A DNA stretch of 64,000 nt. It comes from an uncultured Desulfobacteraceae bacterium (GTDB lineage Bacteria > Desulfobacterota > Desulfobacteria > Desulfobacterales > UBA11574). Both the position numbers and the translations under genes were made by a program. The stretch lies in assembly GCA_964410925.1 (NCBI GenBank), contig CAYPIW010000155.1, positions 1,607-65,606 of the forward strand, read 5' to 3'. A model generated the notes under the pieces. The model was not told where the DNA came from. It made no database searches and saw only the letters and a program-made list of their open reading frames with translations. Below are positions 41,430 through 52,184 of the stretch, piece after piece. The stretch's first letter is position 1, and each line of letters opens with the position of its first letter.

Positions 41430-41682
41430 TCGTTGATGCATTCGATTTTTTACAAAACAATACCCGTAATCTTTTTAGTTTTCCAGTGATGTTTTGTTCC
41501 TGGCTTTACCTTTATCGCTTGTCACCTGACAAGAATCCTTCAGTCAGGTGGAAATTCCTGATTTTGGCAGGATATAAGCCTGCAAAAGATACCAGATCCC
41601 TATAATTATAACCAACCCAAGCAGTTCTTTCATATTTTATTTCCTTTATTCCGACACCTTGCACGGTGTTTGATAAAAAAGG

Positions 41683-42462
41683 TTACAGGTGACGGTTCAC
41701 GTAATCATGTGCATGCAATACCACCTTTGTGATTTCTTTTGAATGGGGAAGGGCTGCCTCGATCTTTTCGATATACTCACAAACCTTAACCGTTCGGAAC
41801 GATGGAACAAAATTAAGATCATACACCCAGCTTATCTGGAGCAGTTTAAAGTCATTCAAGGTTCTTAAGTCCCGGATACGGGCAAGTTGGCCCCGGCGTA
41901 TTGCTGATAATATTTGTGGTGAACACTCAGGGTTATCGGGAAGGCCGATCTCTAAAACCGGATTCGGCTGTTTGTCACGCTCTTTATAGTAATCTGTGAG
42001 AACTTTCCAGATATCGAGCTTATCGGCATCTCTCAAAAGACGTATATAAAAAAGTGTTTTTTCATCCTCATCTTGGGGCACTGAAGCTGCGTTGTGACAG
42101 GCAATAGCCTTGGTGATATAGCGCTTCTCTTCTCTTGTACATACCGCCAGAACATTATGTGTAGCCATTTCTCTCAGTCCGAGCTTGGCATGATTTTCGG
42201 AGACCCTGTCATTGAACGTTCCATATACAGCGTACTGTTTGAACCGGCCGATATCATGAAACAGCCCCATGGTCTCCGCCAGTATCACTTCCTGGTCAGT
42301 TAGACCCAGGTCTTTGCCAAGCATGATAATATTTTCGCATACGCGTTCTGTATGTTTTTCCTTGATACGTATCGTGCAACTGTGTTTGGGATAATCCGTG
42401 TAAAACCGATCAACATAATCGGAAAACCATGTCTTTAAATTTTTCAGATCTTCTCGGTTCAT
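41683..42462 (-). CDS. HD-domain metal-dependent phosphohydrolase
   Basis: HTERV...LFHDIGRF HD motif. 259 aa. Confidence 0.8.
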   Translation of the reverse strand: MNREDLKNLKTWFSDYVDRFYTDYPKHSCTIRIKEKHTERVCENIIMLGKDLGLTDQEVILAETMGLFHDIGRFKQYAVYGTFNDRVSENHAKLGLREMATHNVLAVCTREEKRYITKAIACHNAASVPQDEDEKTLFYIRLLRDADKLDIWKVLTDYYKERDKQPNPVLEIGLPDNPECSPQILSAIRRGQLARIRDLRTLNDFKLLQISWVYDLNFVPSFRTVKVCEYIEKIEAALPHSKEITKVVLHAHDYVNRHL

Positions 42463-42941
42463 AAATATTTTTTTTCTATCATGTCTGCCAGTGATTTAAT
42501 CTCTTCCAAACCAAATACCGGAACATTTACCCTGATATCCGTATCCGTAACCATAGCAATGACGGTTTTATCGTTTTGGCAAAGTGGGGGATTGTTTTTA
42601 GGAAAGCGATATATTTCTATTTTGGGCCTGTTTTCTTTTTTGAACCCTTCAGTAATAACAAGATCCACGTCATCAAAATATTTTCCTATACGTTCCAATC
42701 CTGCGCCATTTTCGTCTTTTACCATGACAATTTTTTCCCTGGAAGTAATAACGACCGTATCTGCACCGGCCGCCTTGTGACGCCAGCTGTCCTTTCCTTT
42801 TTTATCCATATCAAAACCATGAGCGGCGTGTTTAATGGTCCCTATACGGTATCCCCTTTTTTTTAGTTCAGGAATCAGCTTTTCGATCAATGTGGTCTTT
42901 CCGGATTCAGATGTTCCGACAACAGAAATAATGGGCGGCAT
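42459..42941 (-). CDS. mobB: Molybdopterin-guanine dinucleotide biosynthesis adapter protein MobB
   Basis: PIISVVGTSESGKTTLIEKLIPELKKRGYRIGTIKH P-loop region. I prefer the ATG at 42941 over the track start at 43013. 4-nt overlap with the HD gene. Confidence 0.85.
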   Translation of the reverse strand: MPPIISVVGTSESGKTTLIEKLIPELKKRGYRIGTIKHAAHGFDMDKKGKDSWRHKAAGADTVVITSREKIVMVKDENGAGLERIGKYFDDVDLVITEGFKKENRPKIEIYRFPKNNPPLCQNDKTVIAMVTDTDIRVNVPVFGLEEIKSLADMIEKKYL

Positions 42942-43291
42942 GATAAATTCCCTTTTTATTTGTGACCGTTCAAAAACACAGATCTGTTTCTTTTTGTCAG
43001 AATCTGACGCCATAATTTATTGTGACGTTCCTATATGTTGGGTGAACATAAGTAAAAAAGCAAATAATGTCAAGATAAGCACAAAAACCGTTCAGAGCAA
43101 ACCCATTTGATTTCGGTGCAGTGTCTCCCTGTATCGGGATTCAAATGCGTTTGTCCTAAAAAACCCTTCTTACCCGCTTGACACCCAGGACCGGTTTCTC
43201 TAAACTTGATTATAGACAAGATTGGAGACACCTACTCCATTGGGTAAAAAAAATATGTTGAAACAACACTCAAATTTTTATTGAGATTACC

Positions 43292-45040
43292 ATGTACGGA
43301 TGGTGCGGGAAAATTGCCAAATTAAACCTTTGTGATCACACATGGGACATCGAAACCGTTGATCCGGAGATCCTGAAAAAGTTTATCGGAGGCAGGGGCC
43401 TGGCCGGATATTATCTTGGAAAGAAAATAAGGCTTAACTGGCACGATCCGGATATGCCCCTTCTCATTTTTACCGGTCCTCTCGTTAATACGCGATCTCC
43501 CACATCCGGACGGATGACTATTATGTCCCGGTCACCGCTAACCGGTACGGTGGGTGATTCTTCAGTGGGAGGATCTTTTGGCACTGAATTAAAAAAAGCC
43601 GGGTTTGACGGCATTATTATCACCGGAAAGAGTCACACACTTTCCGGTATAGAAATATTGAACACTTGTATTCAGGTTACAGGTGCAAGTCATCTTGCCG
43701 GCCGGCAAACTGGTTATGTTCATTCACTGCTAAAGGAAAAAGGATCTGTGGCCGTTATCGGACCCGCGGCCGAAAACGGGGTTGTTTTTTCAAGCATCAT
43801 TGTAGATCGACATTTTGCAGCGGGTAGAGGCGGCATCGGCCGGGTATTGGCTTCCAAAAACATAAAATACATTACCGTAAAAGGGACGGGCACCACTAAA
43901 ATCTATAATTCCCAGGATCTTAAGAGCGCCCGGGAAGATGTTTTCAGACTTGCAGGAGCTTCTCCGGTTTTTCTTGGAGAATTCGGAATATCCCGATTCG
44001 GCACCGGCGCCTTGTATGATCTTATGGATGCAAGACGCATGATGCCCACCGATAATTTTCGCCAAACAAGGTTCAGCCGGGCCCCCCTGATGAATGCCCA
44101 CGCATTCAAAAAAAACATATGCCCCTAAAAAAAGCGGATGCCGGGGATGCCACATTCTTTGTAAGAAAACAACCAAAAACAGGACCCCTATACCCGAGTT
44201 TGAAACCATGTTTCATTTCAGCGTGCTTCTGGAAAACAGCGATATGCATACGGTAATGCGAGCAAACCGGATCTGTAATGAAATGGGCATGGATACCATT
44301 TCGGCGGCAGCTACCCTGGCGTGCTTTTCGGAAATTTCCCAAAAAAGACTGTTGCCGAATGAAATCGTCTCTCTGCTCGTTGATATTGGAAAAAAAGGGG
44401 GTTGGGTACAGAGCTCGCCAGTGGCGCTGCATCATATGCAACGCGTCAGGGCCGACCCGATCTTGCGATGACGGTGAAAGGCCAGGAACTTCCGGCCTAT
44501 GACCCGAGAGGTGTATATGGGATGGCCCTGGCTTATGCTACATCCACTCGTGGCGCATGCCATTTGAGAGCATACCCGATCAGCCACGAGATTTTAAGAA
44601 AGCCGGTTGCCACAGATCGTTTTACTTTCAAAGGCAAAGCCAGAATAATAAAAATCGGTGAAGATTTAAATGCAGTGGCCGATTCCCTCACCGCATGCAA
44701 ATTCATCTTTTTTGCCGCATCCCTGGAAGAGTATGCCAAGATTTACACCGCCGTCACTGGGATAAAGACGTTCGGGCAGGATCTGTTTAAGATCGGTGAA
44801 AGAATCTGTTATAATGAACGGATCATGAATTCTGCCAACGGGTTTACAGAAAAAGATGACGACCTGCCGGAGCGTTTCTTTACATCGCCGGGTTACCAAA
44901 ACGAAAGTATTGATATTGATCCCATAGACAGAAAAGCGTTTTTAGAAGCGCGGTCCAATTATTATGTGGTCAGAAAACTGGATAAAAAAGGGATGCCGGT
45001 ACCGGAAACAGCAAAAAAGCTGAGCCTGGAAGTTTTTTAG
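43292..45040 (+). pseudogene. Tungsten/molybdenum aldehyde:ferredoxin oxidoreductase (AOR family) interrupted by two compensating frameshifts
   Basis: Three track ORFs (43292..44128, 44094..44471, 44402..45040) together cover an AOR. The AOR_N part is MYGWCGKIAKLNL...GGRGL. The middle part has CRGCHILC and EFET...NEMGMDTIS. The last part has MTVKGQELPAYDPRG...YATSTRGACHLR. Frame changes fall in the A8 run at 44108..44115 and the A7G5 run at 44390..44401. Confidence 0.8.
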
Positions 45041-45084
45041 TTCTCTTATAAAGGCAAAATGTTACATAGTGCCCAAACGAAAAT

Positions 45085-46263
45085 ATGGATCAAATTTTTC
45101 GTACATATGAAGATAAATTCCTAAAAAACGGCCTGGCAGATCCGGGGGGGGCGCTGCTCAGCCTGCTGGATGCCCGCCTTTCATGGAATAGAGATGACAA
45201 AGCATGTGCTGTACTTGAAAGACTGTTTGAGCATCTTAACATGAACGCCCTTGTGTTTTCGCAGCCTGCCGATCCGTATCGGAGCATTATAGAGTATCTG
45301 GGGGAAACGTCGGGCGGGACTATCTTTCCCCGTGACTGTGAAACCAGAACATTCCTCCATGACCTTCCGGTCTCATTCAATTTTTCATCAGAGTCCATTA
45401 TTTCAGCCCTGAAAGAACGAAAAAGCGTTATTATTCCCGGCCATGGGATTGTCACTTACGGTACTGTGGGCCTTGAACAGGCTTATGTTACATTTTCTTC
45501 GGTCTGCTTTGCCTGTTTTGTAAAATTCTTTTCAGATTACCTGCACGACATAAAACATGGAAAGATAAACAACACAAGGCAAAATCTATTTGACTCGCTT
45601 GTAAAAAAACTCGAACCGGCCCCTTGTTTTAAGGGGTCACTCATGAAAGGACCTTTTGACTCGGAAACAAGTGTTTATCAAGCCATACAGGAAGCAGGAA
45701 GGCTTACGGTTGAACACCGTTTGGTGGATTCCTATTTTGGCAATATTTCGTTTTGCTATAACCATACGCTGTATATCAGCCAGACCGGAAGCAGTCTGGA
45801 CAACCTGCAAGGATTTATAGATCCTTGCCCGTTAAACGGATCATCCTGTACGGCAATCACCGCTTCCAGCGAACTTCCGGCACACCTGAAAATCGTTAAA
45901 AATACCCATAGCAACGCAATCCTGCACGGCCACCCGAGATTCTCCGTCATACTTTCCATGGACTGTAACATTGAGAACTGCCCATGTAGAGGTCAATGCC
46001 ATATGAAATGCCCGCATGAACGGTTTGTTGGTGACATTCCCATTGTTTCCGGCGAGGTGGGTTCAGGACCGTACGGACTGTGCAACACGGTTCCTGAAGC
46101 CATTAAGGGCAGGCCGGGCGTTATCGTTTATGGTCACGGTATTTTTACAACGGGCCAAACGGATTTCAACCGGCCGTTTGAGAATCTTATGAACATCGAA
46201 ACCCATTGCCGAACGGAATATTTTAACAGAGTCCGCAAATTTCGCAGATCCGGGCGACGGTGA
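45085..46263 (+). CDS. Class II aldolase/adducin-domain family protein (two-domain)
   Basis: SVIIPGHGIVTYG and ILHGHP...VIVYGHGIFTTG motifs. An extra Cys cluster CNIENCPCRGQCHMKCPH. Confidence 0.6.
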   Translation: MDQIFRTYEDKFLKNGLADPGGALLSLLDARLSWNRDDKACAVLERLFEHLNMNALVFSQPADPYRSIIEYLGETSGGTIFPRDCETRTFLHDLPVSFNFSSESIISALKERKSVIIPGHGIVTYGTVGLEQAYVTFSSVCFACFVKFFSDYLHDIKHGKINNTRQNLFDSLVKKLEPAPCFKGSLMKGPFDSETSVYQAIQEAGRLTVEHRLVDSYFGNISFCYNHTLYISQTGSSLDNLQGFIDPCPLNGSSCTAITASSELPAHLKIVKNTHSNAILHGHPRFSVILSMDCNIENCPCRGQCHMKCPHERFVGDIPIVSGEVGSGPYGLCNTVPEAIKGRPGVIVYGHGIFTTGQTDFNRPFENLMNIETHCRTEYFNRVRKFRRSGRR

Positions 46264-46313
46264 ATCCCCATATACAGGGAAGACATGTCAGGAAATTTAC
46301 AGGACCCTATGTC

Positions 46314-46895
46314 ATGTTTGATCATTTTGACATCATTGCGCCGTTTTATGATCGGGTTATCCGTAAACTCGACTTGAAACGCTTGATCCATTTGCTGAAG
46401 TTGCCCGCCAGAGGCCGCATGCTTGATGCCGGCGGTGGAACCGGCCGGGTGTCATTCCGTTTACGGTCCTTGGTCGATGAGATTGTGGTATGCGATCTGT
46501 CATCGTTTATGCTGAAACAAGCCAAAAACAAAGGCCATTTGTTGACGGTTCGAACCCACGTAGAACAACTTCCGTTCCCCAATGAGAGTTTTGAGCATAT
46601 TATAGTGGTAGATGCCCTGCACCATTTTTGCGATCAGCGGAAATCCATTCAAGAATTGTTGCGAGTGCTCAAAACCGGAGGGCGTTTGGTGATAGAAGAG
46701 CCGAATATCGATAATTTTTTGATCAAATGGCTTGCTATAGCGGAAAAACTGGCGTTAATGCAAAGTCGTTTCTGTTCTTCTCGGAAAATTGTCCGTATGA
46801 TAACAGATCGGGGATTTGATGCCCGTGTTGAAAGTGATTGCCGTTTTTTTTTCTGGGTGGTGGTCGAAAAAACGGATAACGGCGAAACGGAATGA
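46314..46895 (+). CDS. Class I SAM-dependent methyltransferase
   Basis: MLDAGGGTGR motif I. LKTGGRLVIEEP. Confidence 0.8.
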   Translation: MFDHFDIIAPFYDRVIRKLDLKRLIHLLKLPARGRMLDAGGGTGRVSFRLRSLVDEIVVCDLSSFMLKQAKNKGHLLTVRTHVEQLPFPNESFEHIIVVDALHHFCDQRKSIQELLRVLKTGGRLVIEEPNIDNFLIKWLAIAEKLALMQSRFCSSRKIVRMITDRGFDARVESDCRFFFWVVVEKTDNGETE

Positions 46896-46910
46896 TAACA
46901 CATCGGACGG

Positions 46911-47765
46911 TTAAATACGACCCCCGCTCCATCTAAGTTTGGCCTTGAGCACATCAAAATACTGCTGACCCGGCAATGTGATCATTTTAACTGGATAAAA
47001 ACCTTTCCGGATAATGATGGTGTGCTCTTCATTGATTTCGAGGCCGGCCTGGCCGTCAAATGTCAGCATGATATCCGACGCTTTTTTTCCAAGCCCGATT
47101 TTGATAGTTGCTGAGTCAGGAACAATAAGTGGCCGGTTGGTCAGGGTAAACGGGCAGATCGGTGTCATCAGGATACCCGGAACTGCCGGATGGATAATCG
47201 GACCACCGGCAGCTAGTGAATAGGCGGTTGAACCGGTGGGGGTTGCAACGATAAGTCCGTCTGCACTATATGTGGTCAAATAGTGATCGTTTATATATGT
47301 TTCGATATGAGCAAGTCTTGCAAGGGCGCCCTTGTTTATGACAATATCGTTAAACACAGTTTCACGGGCCAGTTCCTCTTCCCCCCTGAAGACTTTAACC
47401 AGAAGGCGCATCCTGGGTTCTATGTTGAACTGGTTATTTAAAACAGCCTCGGCAGCAGAAAAAAGGTTTTCTTCCACGGTTTCCGCCAGAAAACCGACTT
47501 CACCGAATTTGACTCCGATAATCGGTATATTCTGGTCTCCGATCCAGCGAACCGCACTCAAAAAAGTGCCATCTCCTCCTAAAACAAAAATGTAAAGCAG
47601 GTCCGCCGGAGCGAATGATTTATCTTCTTCTGCAATTCTGCGTCTTGGAGGCAGGTGTTCTTTTCTGACAACATATATATCTTTTGAACGCAGCCAACTT
47701 TCAAGTTCATCGGCCTTTTTCATTGCGTCGGAGTCCGGTTTTACAACAATTCCTATCTTTTTCAC
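46911..47765 (-). CDS. nadK: NAD kinase
   Basis: VLGGDGTFL motif and [15 protein letters not shown] motif. Confidence 0.92.
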   Translation of the reverse strand: MKKIGIVVKPDSDAMKKADELESWLRSKDIYVVRKEHLPPRRRIAEEDKSFAPADLLYIFVLGGDGTFLSAVRWIGDQNIPIIGVKFGEVGFLAETVEENLFSAAEAVLNNQFNIEPRMRLLVKVFRGEEELARETVFNDIVINKGALARLAHIETYINDHYLTTYSADGLIVATPTGSTAYSLAAGGPIIHPAVPGILMTPICPFTLTNRPLIVPDSATIKIGLGKKASDIMLTFDGQAGLEINEEHTIIIRKGFYPVKMITLPGQQYFDVLKAKLRWSGGRI

Positions 47766-47785
47766 GGCCAGGTATTACTCCTTTA

Positions 47786-49291
47786 TTATTCCTGAATTTC
47801 CCCCCTGCCTTTTGATTTGTGGTTTTCGGTTTTCCAGGGTCTTGCGGCCAGAATAAAAGCGATGACCAGATTTATCAGCAGCCAGACGATACCGATTAAA
47901 ACAACCGCCGTCCAGGAATAGCCTCCGTAAGGTTTGCTCATTTCATTATAAAAATCAATGGACAGAAGGGTCAGAAGTACGCCCGGGGTAAAGACTTTAA
48001 TAAAAAACTCCCATCCGGCGCCCACCTTGATGGAAGATATCCTGTTAATATGGTGCCGTATTATTTTGATATTAAACAGCCACCCAACAAGCAGACACTC
48101 TGCTATGGCAACGATTAACAGCCCGTAATGGGTTAAAAAATGATCGGTAATATCCAGCCAGAACAAACCCGCATGTGTTGTAAAGATAATGGAGCCGATG
48201 AAGCCGAGAATACAGAGAACCGTAACAAACGTTTTTCTGCTGATGCCGAACTTGTCAACCACAGCGGACGTAAAAGCCTCTATAATTGAGATGGAAGAGG
48301 ATACCCCGGCAACTACCAGACAGAAAAAGAAAACAGCGCCAAAGATATTTCCTCCGGGCATTATGGACAGCGCTTTTGGATAAGCGACAAAAGCAAGGCC
48401 GATACTTTCTGAAACCACTTCAGATATTTCTCGGCCCTGTGAGACTGCCATAAAGCCGAGCACTGAAAAAACGGCGAAACCGGCAAAGAGAGAATACCCA
48501 CAATTAATTAAAGCGGTAAGATAGGCACCGCGTGTCAGATTGGCCTTTTCGGGCAAATAACTTGCATAGGCGATCATAATACCGAACCCCAGAGAAAGGG
48601 TGAAAAAAATCTGACTGAAAGCATCTATCCATATCCTGGGTTTAGCAAGGATGGTGAAGTCCGGTTTTAGATAGGCTTTTATACCAACACCCGCACCGTC
48701 AAGGGTCAAAGACCAGAAAACCAGTATGGCTGTTAGAACAAGAAGCAGCGGCATAAATATTTTATTGGCGAGTTCTAATCCTTTCTTTACCCCTCTATAT
48801 ACAATGGCCCAGTTAATAAACCATATAAACACCACGCCTGTAAAAACAGGAGTGACAATGCCCTTGATCTCGAAAGGAGATTTGCTCACGGCTAAAAATT
48901 GGGTGAAAAAATAACGATTGGGATCTTTTCCCCAGTCCAGGGACAAGGATTTGATGAAATAATTTAAGCACCAGGAAATAATGGTGATATAATACAGAAC
49001 AATGCCGAACATCACAAAACTGACAGACCACCAGCCGAGCCATTCCCATTTTTTATCTATCTTTCTGAATGCCAGAGGGGCGGATCCGATTCGCTCATGT
49101 CCGATTGCAAATTCAAGTATCAATAACGGGATGCCTACGCTGAGAAGGGCCATGATATAAGGAATTAAGAATGCGCCTCCTCCATGCTTATAGGCCATGT
49201 AACTGAACCGCCAGATATTACCGAGTCCGATGGCGGAGCCCACCGCTGCAAGAACAAACCCTATTTGACTTTGCCATTGTTCTCTTGCCAT
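47786..49291 (-). CDS. Sodium-dependent transporter, NSS/SNF family
   Basis: GSAIGLGNIWRFSY signature. About 11-12 hydrophobic segments. Confidence 0.9.
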   Translation of the reverse strand: MAREQWQSQIGFVLAAVGSAIGLGNIWRFSYMAYKHGGGAFLIPYIMALLSVGIPLLILEFAIGHERIGSAPLAFRKIDKKWEWLGWWSVSFVMFGIVLYYITIISWCLNYFIKSLSLDWGKDPNRYFFTQFLAVSKSPFEIKGIVTPVFTGVVFIWFINWAIVYRGVKKGLELANKIFMPLLLVLTAILVFWSLTLDGAGVGIKAYLKPDFTILAKPRIWIDAFSQIFFTLSLGFGIMIAYASYLPEKANLTRGAYLTALINCGYSLFAGFAVFSVLGFMAVSQGREISEVVSESIGLAFVAYPKALSIMPGGNIFGAVFFFCLVVAGVSSSISIIEAFTSAVVDKFGISRKTFVTVLCILGFIGSIIFTTHAGLFWLDITDHFLTHYGLLIVAIAECLLVGWLFNIKIIRHHINRISSIKVGAGWEFFIKVFTPGVLLTLLSIDFYNEMSKPYGGYSWTAVVLIGIVWLLINLVIAFILAARPWKTENHKSKGRGEIQE

Positions 49292-49499
49292 GATACGAGC
49301 TCTTATTTAAGCAACATCGACAATATGTTGCCCATCTTCTAAGCGTTAACTTGAAAGATGCTTGGAATTTTTAAAATTTTTATTTAAATGTAGCACAACC
49401 TCATGAGTTTAGAAACAGGTATTTTCAACCTGGCGCTTTCCATGTCTGGGAAAATATAAAACCACTTTTTATTAGAATTTGATGAATATAAAATACGGG

Positions 49500-50831
49500 T
49501 TAAGCGCTTTCCTGAAGCCTTTTAAGATTCTCGCTGAGCTTAACCGGGTAAGCTTGATATTCTAAGATCGATTTGCAGCGATTATCCAGCAAAGCAAAAT
49601 TATTTTTAAAACTCTCCTGTATTCCCTGCAACGAAGGATGGGGTTGTAATATCTCTCCGTTTTCCATAACCTTTTTAAGCAGGGGCATTCCTTGCTTGAT
49701 AATATCGCCTCTTAATCCGATGATATCTTCCAGATATCGTCCGTTTGGGTCTGATTTTCTAAAGACCTGCTTTTCACCGGCCAGAGTAATCTTGCCGGGA
49801 CTCAATTTCCTGACATCACGGTTCTTGAAGCGAACCATCTTATAAACCGCATCAAGATAGGGTGCGTCTGCGGAAACCCCGACTTTGGTACCGACTCCGA
49901 ATGCATCGATTTTGGCACCTTTGGAAATGACCTCTGCAATTTTGAACTCGTCAAAACCGCTGCTGGCAAAAATCTTGACATCAGAAAGACCGGCATCATC
50001 GAATATTTTTCGCACCTTTTGGCTCAAATCCACCATGTCTCCGCTGTCAAGGCGGACGCCGATAAGCGAATGTCCGTTTTCTTTCATCTGTTTTGCAACC
50101 GTAACGGCATGTTTTGCACCGTCGATGGTATTATAAGTATCGATTAAAAAGATAGAGGTGTCGGGAAAAGTTTCGGAATAAGCGGAAAATGCCGCAAGGT
50201 CACCACTAAATGCCTCGATATAGGAATGGGCCATGGTTCCGGAAATGGGAATGCCGTAAATTTGACCGGCAAGGACATTGCTTGTGGCGACAAATCCGGC
50301 AATATATGTGCTGCGTGCAACTTTGTGCCCGGCATCCTGACCCTGAGTCCGTCGCAGGGAAAAGTCGATCAGTGGACGGTTGCCGGCAACATGAACACAT
50401 CTGGCGGCTTTTGAGGCGATCATACTCTGAAAACCGATGGTGTTGAGCAAAAAAGTCTCGATGAGCTGGGCTTCAATAATAGGCGCTGTCACTTCCAGAA
50501 CCGGCTCATTGGCAAAGAAAATCGTGCCTTCGGGCATGGCAAAAATTTTCCCTGAAAATCGAAGTCCGGCAAGATATGAAAGGAAGTCTTTTGAAAAAGC
50601 ACCGCTGGTTTGCAAATATGTTATGTCTTTCTCCGAAAATCTGAATATCTCCAACTCATTCAGAACATCTTCAAGACCCGCTGCAACAAAAAAGTTTCTT
50701 TTTAAATAATTTCCTCTGATAAACAGTGAGAAGGTAGCCGTGGAAAATATCCGATGGGCAAAATAACTGGCCGCCATGGTCAACTCATAAAGATCTGTAA
50801 ACAGTGGTCCCGCCCGGTGTAATTCCGTCAT
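49500..50831 (-). CDS. pncB: Nicotinate phosphoribosyltransferase
   Basis: 443 aa. LFTDLYELTMA N-terminus. GTMAHS and RLDSGD motifs. Confidence 0.9.
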   Translation of the reverse strand: MTELHRAGPLFTDLYELTMAASYFAHRIFSTATFSLFIRGNYLKRNFFVAAGLEDVLNELEIFRFSEKDITYLQTSGAFSKDFLSYLAGLRFSGKIFAMPEGTIFFANEPVLEVTAPIIEAQLIETFLLNTIGFQSMIASKAARCVHVAGNRPLIDFSLRRTQGQDAGHKVARSTYIAGFVATSNVLAGQIYGIPISGTMAHSYIEAFSGDLAAFSAYSETFPDTSIFLIDTYNTIDGAKHAVTVAKQMKENGHSLIGVRLDSGDMVDLSQKVRKIFDDAGLSDVKIFASSGFDEFKIAEVISKGAKIDAFGVGTKVGVSADAPYLDAVYKMVRFKNRDVRKLSPGKITLAGEKQVFRKSDPNGRYLEDIIGLRGDIIKQGMPLLKKVMENGEILQPHPSLQGIQESFKNNFALLDNRCKSILEYQAYPVKLSENLKRLQESA

Positions 50832-50862
50832 GACAATTCAGCCCCGCAAATCTGCTTCATCA

Positions 50863-51897
50863 TTAAAGTGCGACATTGAACAAGTTCCTGAGTGAATCCG
50901 TTGAACGAAAAATATTCATTCCTGCATCGGAAAATCGTTGAAAAGCAGCATCACCCTGATCCGTATAATCCACCACGCCGGGAATCACCACCGGAGATGT
51001 GCAATCTTCCAAAAGATATACTTTTTCAGCCAGTCTCTTATCCGCGGATTCTATCTCACGCAACAGATCGTCAATGGTCCATGCCATACAATGACTTTTT
51101 GCCTGCCCGGCAATGATGACCGCATCAAATTCTAAAAGTTTGCCGATAAACCTGGTGTTTTTTTGTGCGATTTCATTGCCGTCGTCGTCATCCAGCACCT
51201 CCGGGCTCAGCACCGAATAATTCTCCGTAAACGGGTTGCTTCCCTTGACTTGAAAATCAGGCAGACTGTATCGAGAAATACCATGGAAAAAAACGGCCTC
51301 CTCAACCGATGAAACCAGTGCATGGCCAATGCCTCCCAGCATGGCATGATATGGCCAGATGGTGAGATTGTATTTGCCGCCTTCTTTTAATTTCCGTATA
51401 TAGTGACGCAGGAATTTCTGACCGTATGCTACATCGATGTTTAGACTTTGGGCAATCTCGGGATTGAATTTCCAGATACCCTTCTCGACATCTTGTGCAG
51501 AAATAAGTGTATAAGGAGCCGGATGGTGTCCCTTTTCATTGACCAGAAAGATACCATGAAAGATTTGTACAGCTTGATGGGTATCCATGGTGGGACAAAC
51601 CTGGGTAATAACATCCAGATTACGATAAATAAATTCGCACAACCTTCTATTGTCATCCACCGCAGCGGTTCCTGAACGTCCGCCGACAAAGATCTCAAAT
51701 TCCGGGATACAAAATGTGTTCTGAACATCCACAAGTAAGAGACAGATTCTGAAAGTATCTTCAGAAACAGCTTTTATATCATGCTGCTTTGCCCATTTTC
51801 TTGCGTCTTCACTGCGTTCCTGATATGAAACTCTCCAAACCTGTCCCACTTTGCCAGGATCAAAATGAGCGGGAATGGGCAGATCATTTGGCGACAT
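50863..51897 (-). CDS. Isochorismatase-fold amidase, long nicotinamidase-like form
   Basis: LLLVDVQNTFC and the catalytic-Cys context AGQAKSHCM. Directly upstream of pncB. Confidence 0.75.
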   Translation of the reverse strand: MSPNDLPIPAHFDPGKVGQVWRVSYQERSEDARKWAKQHDIKAVSEDTFRICLLLVDVQNTFCIPEFEIFVGGRSGTAAVDDNRRLCEFIYRNLDVITQVCPTMDTHQAVQIFHGIFLVNEKGHHPAPYTLISAQDVEKGIWKFNPEIAQSLNIDVAYGQKFLRHYIRKLKEGGKYNLTIWPYHAMLGGIGHALVSSVEEAVFFHGISRYSLPDFQVKGSNPFTENYSVLSPEVLDDDDGNEIAQKNTRFIGKLLEFDAVIIAGQAKSHCMAWTIDDLLREIESADKRLAEKVYLLEDCTSPVVIPGVVDYTDQGDAAFQRFSDAGMNIFRSTDSLRNLFNVAL

Positions 51898-52184
51898 GAC
51901 CGCCTCCTTTTTGTTGAATGCTTTTTTGTATTAAAATATGAATAAGAATCTTAAACTTCAAGTAAATTTTGGAAATTCCGGAAAAATAAAACCCATCCGG
52001 AACCCTGCGCGGACATTTTCCCTTCAAGTCCGCTCTCCCCGGAGGATCATCTTTTTGATACACTCAAAGAAACAGTTTCCGGCAATAAAATCAGAGGGAT
52101 TGATTTTTAGAGAAACAGACTATATTTTAAATGGAAAGCAACCTTTTCCTGAATGTTGCATGAATGTTGTGGAGAACAAACAGG

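Noticed and set aside
44094-44471. Programmed frameshifting or Sec recoding as an explanation for the broken AOR gene
   Set aside because: The first frame ends at TAA. Two opposite shifts ~290 nt apart would be needed. No slippery heptamer or stimulatory structure is evident. Simple homopolymer indels, whether real or sequencing-derived, explain the pattern.
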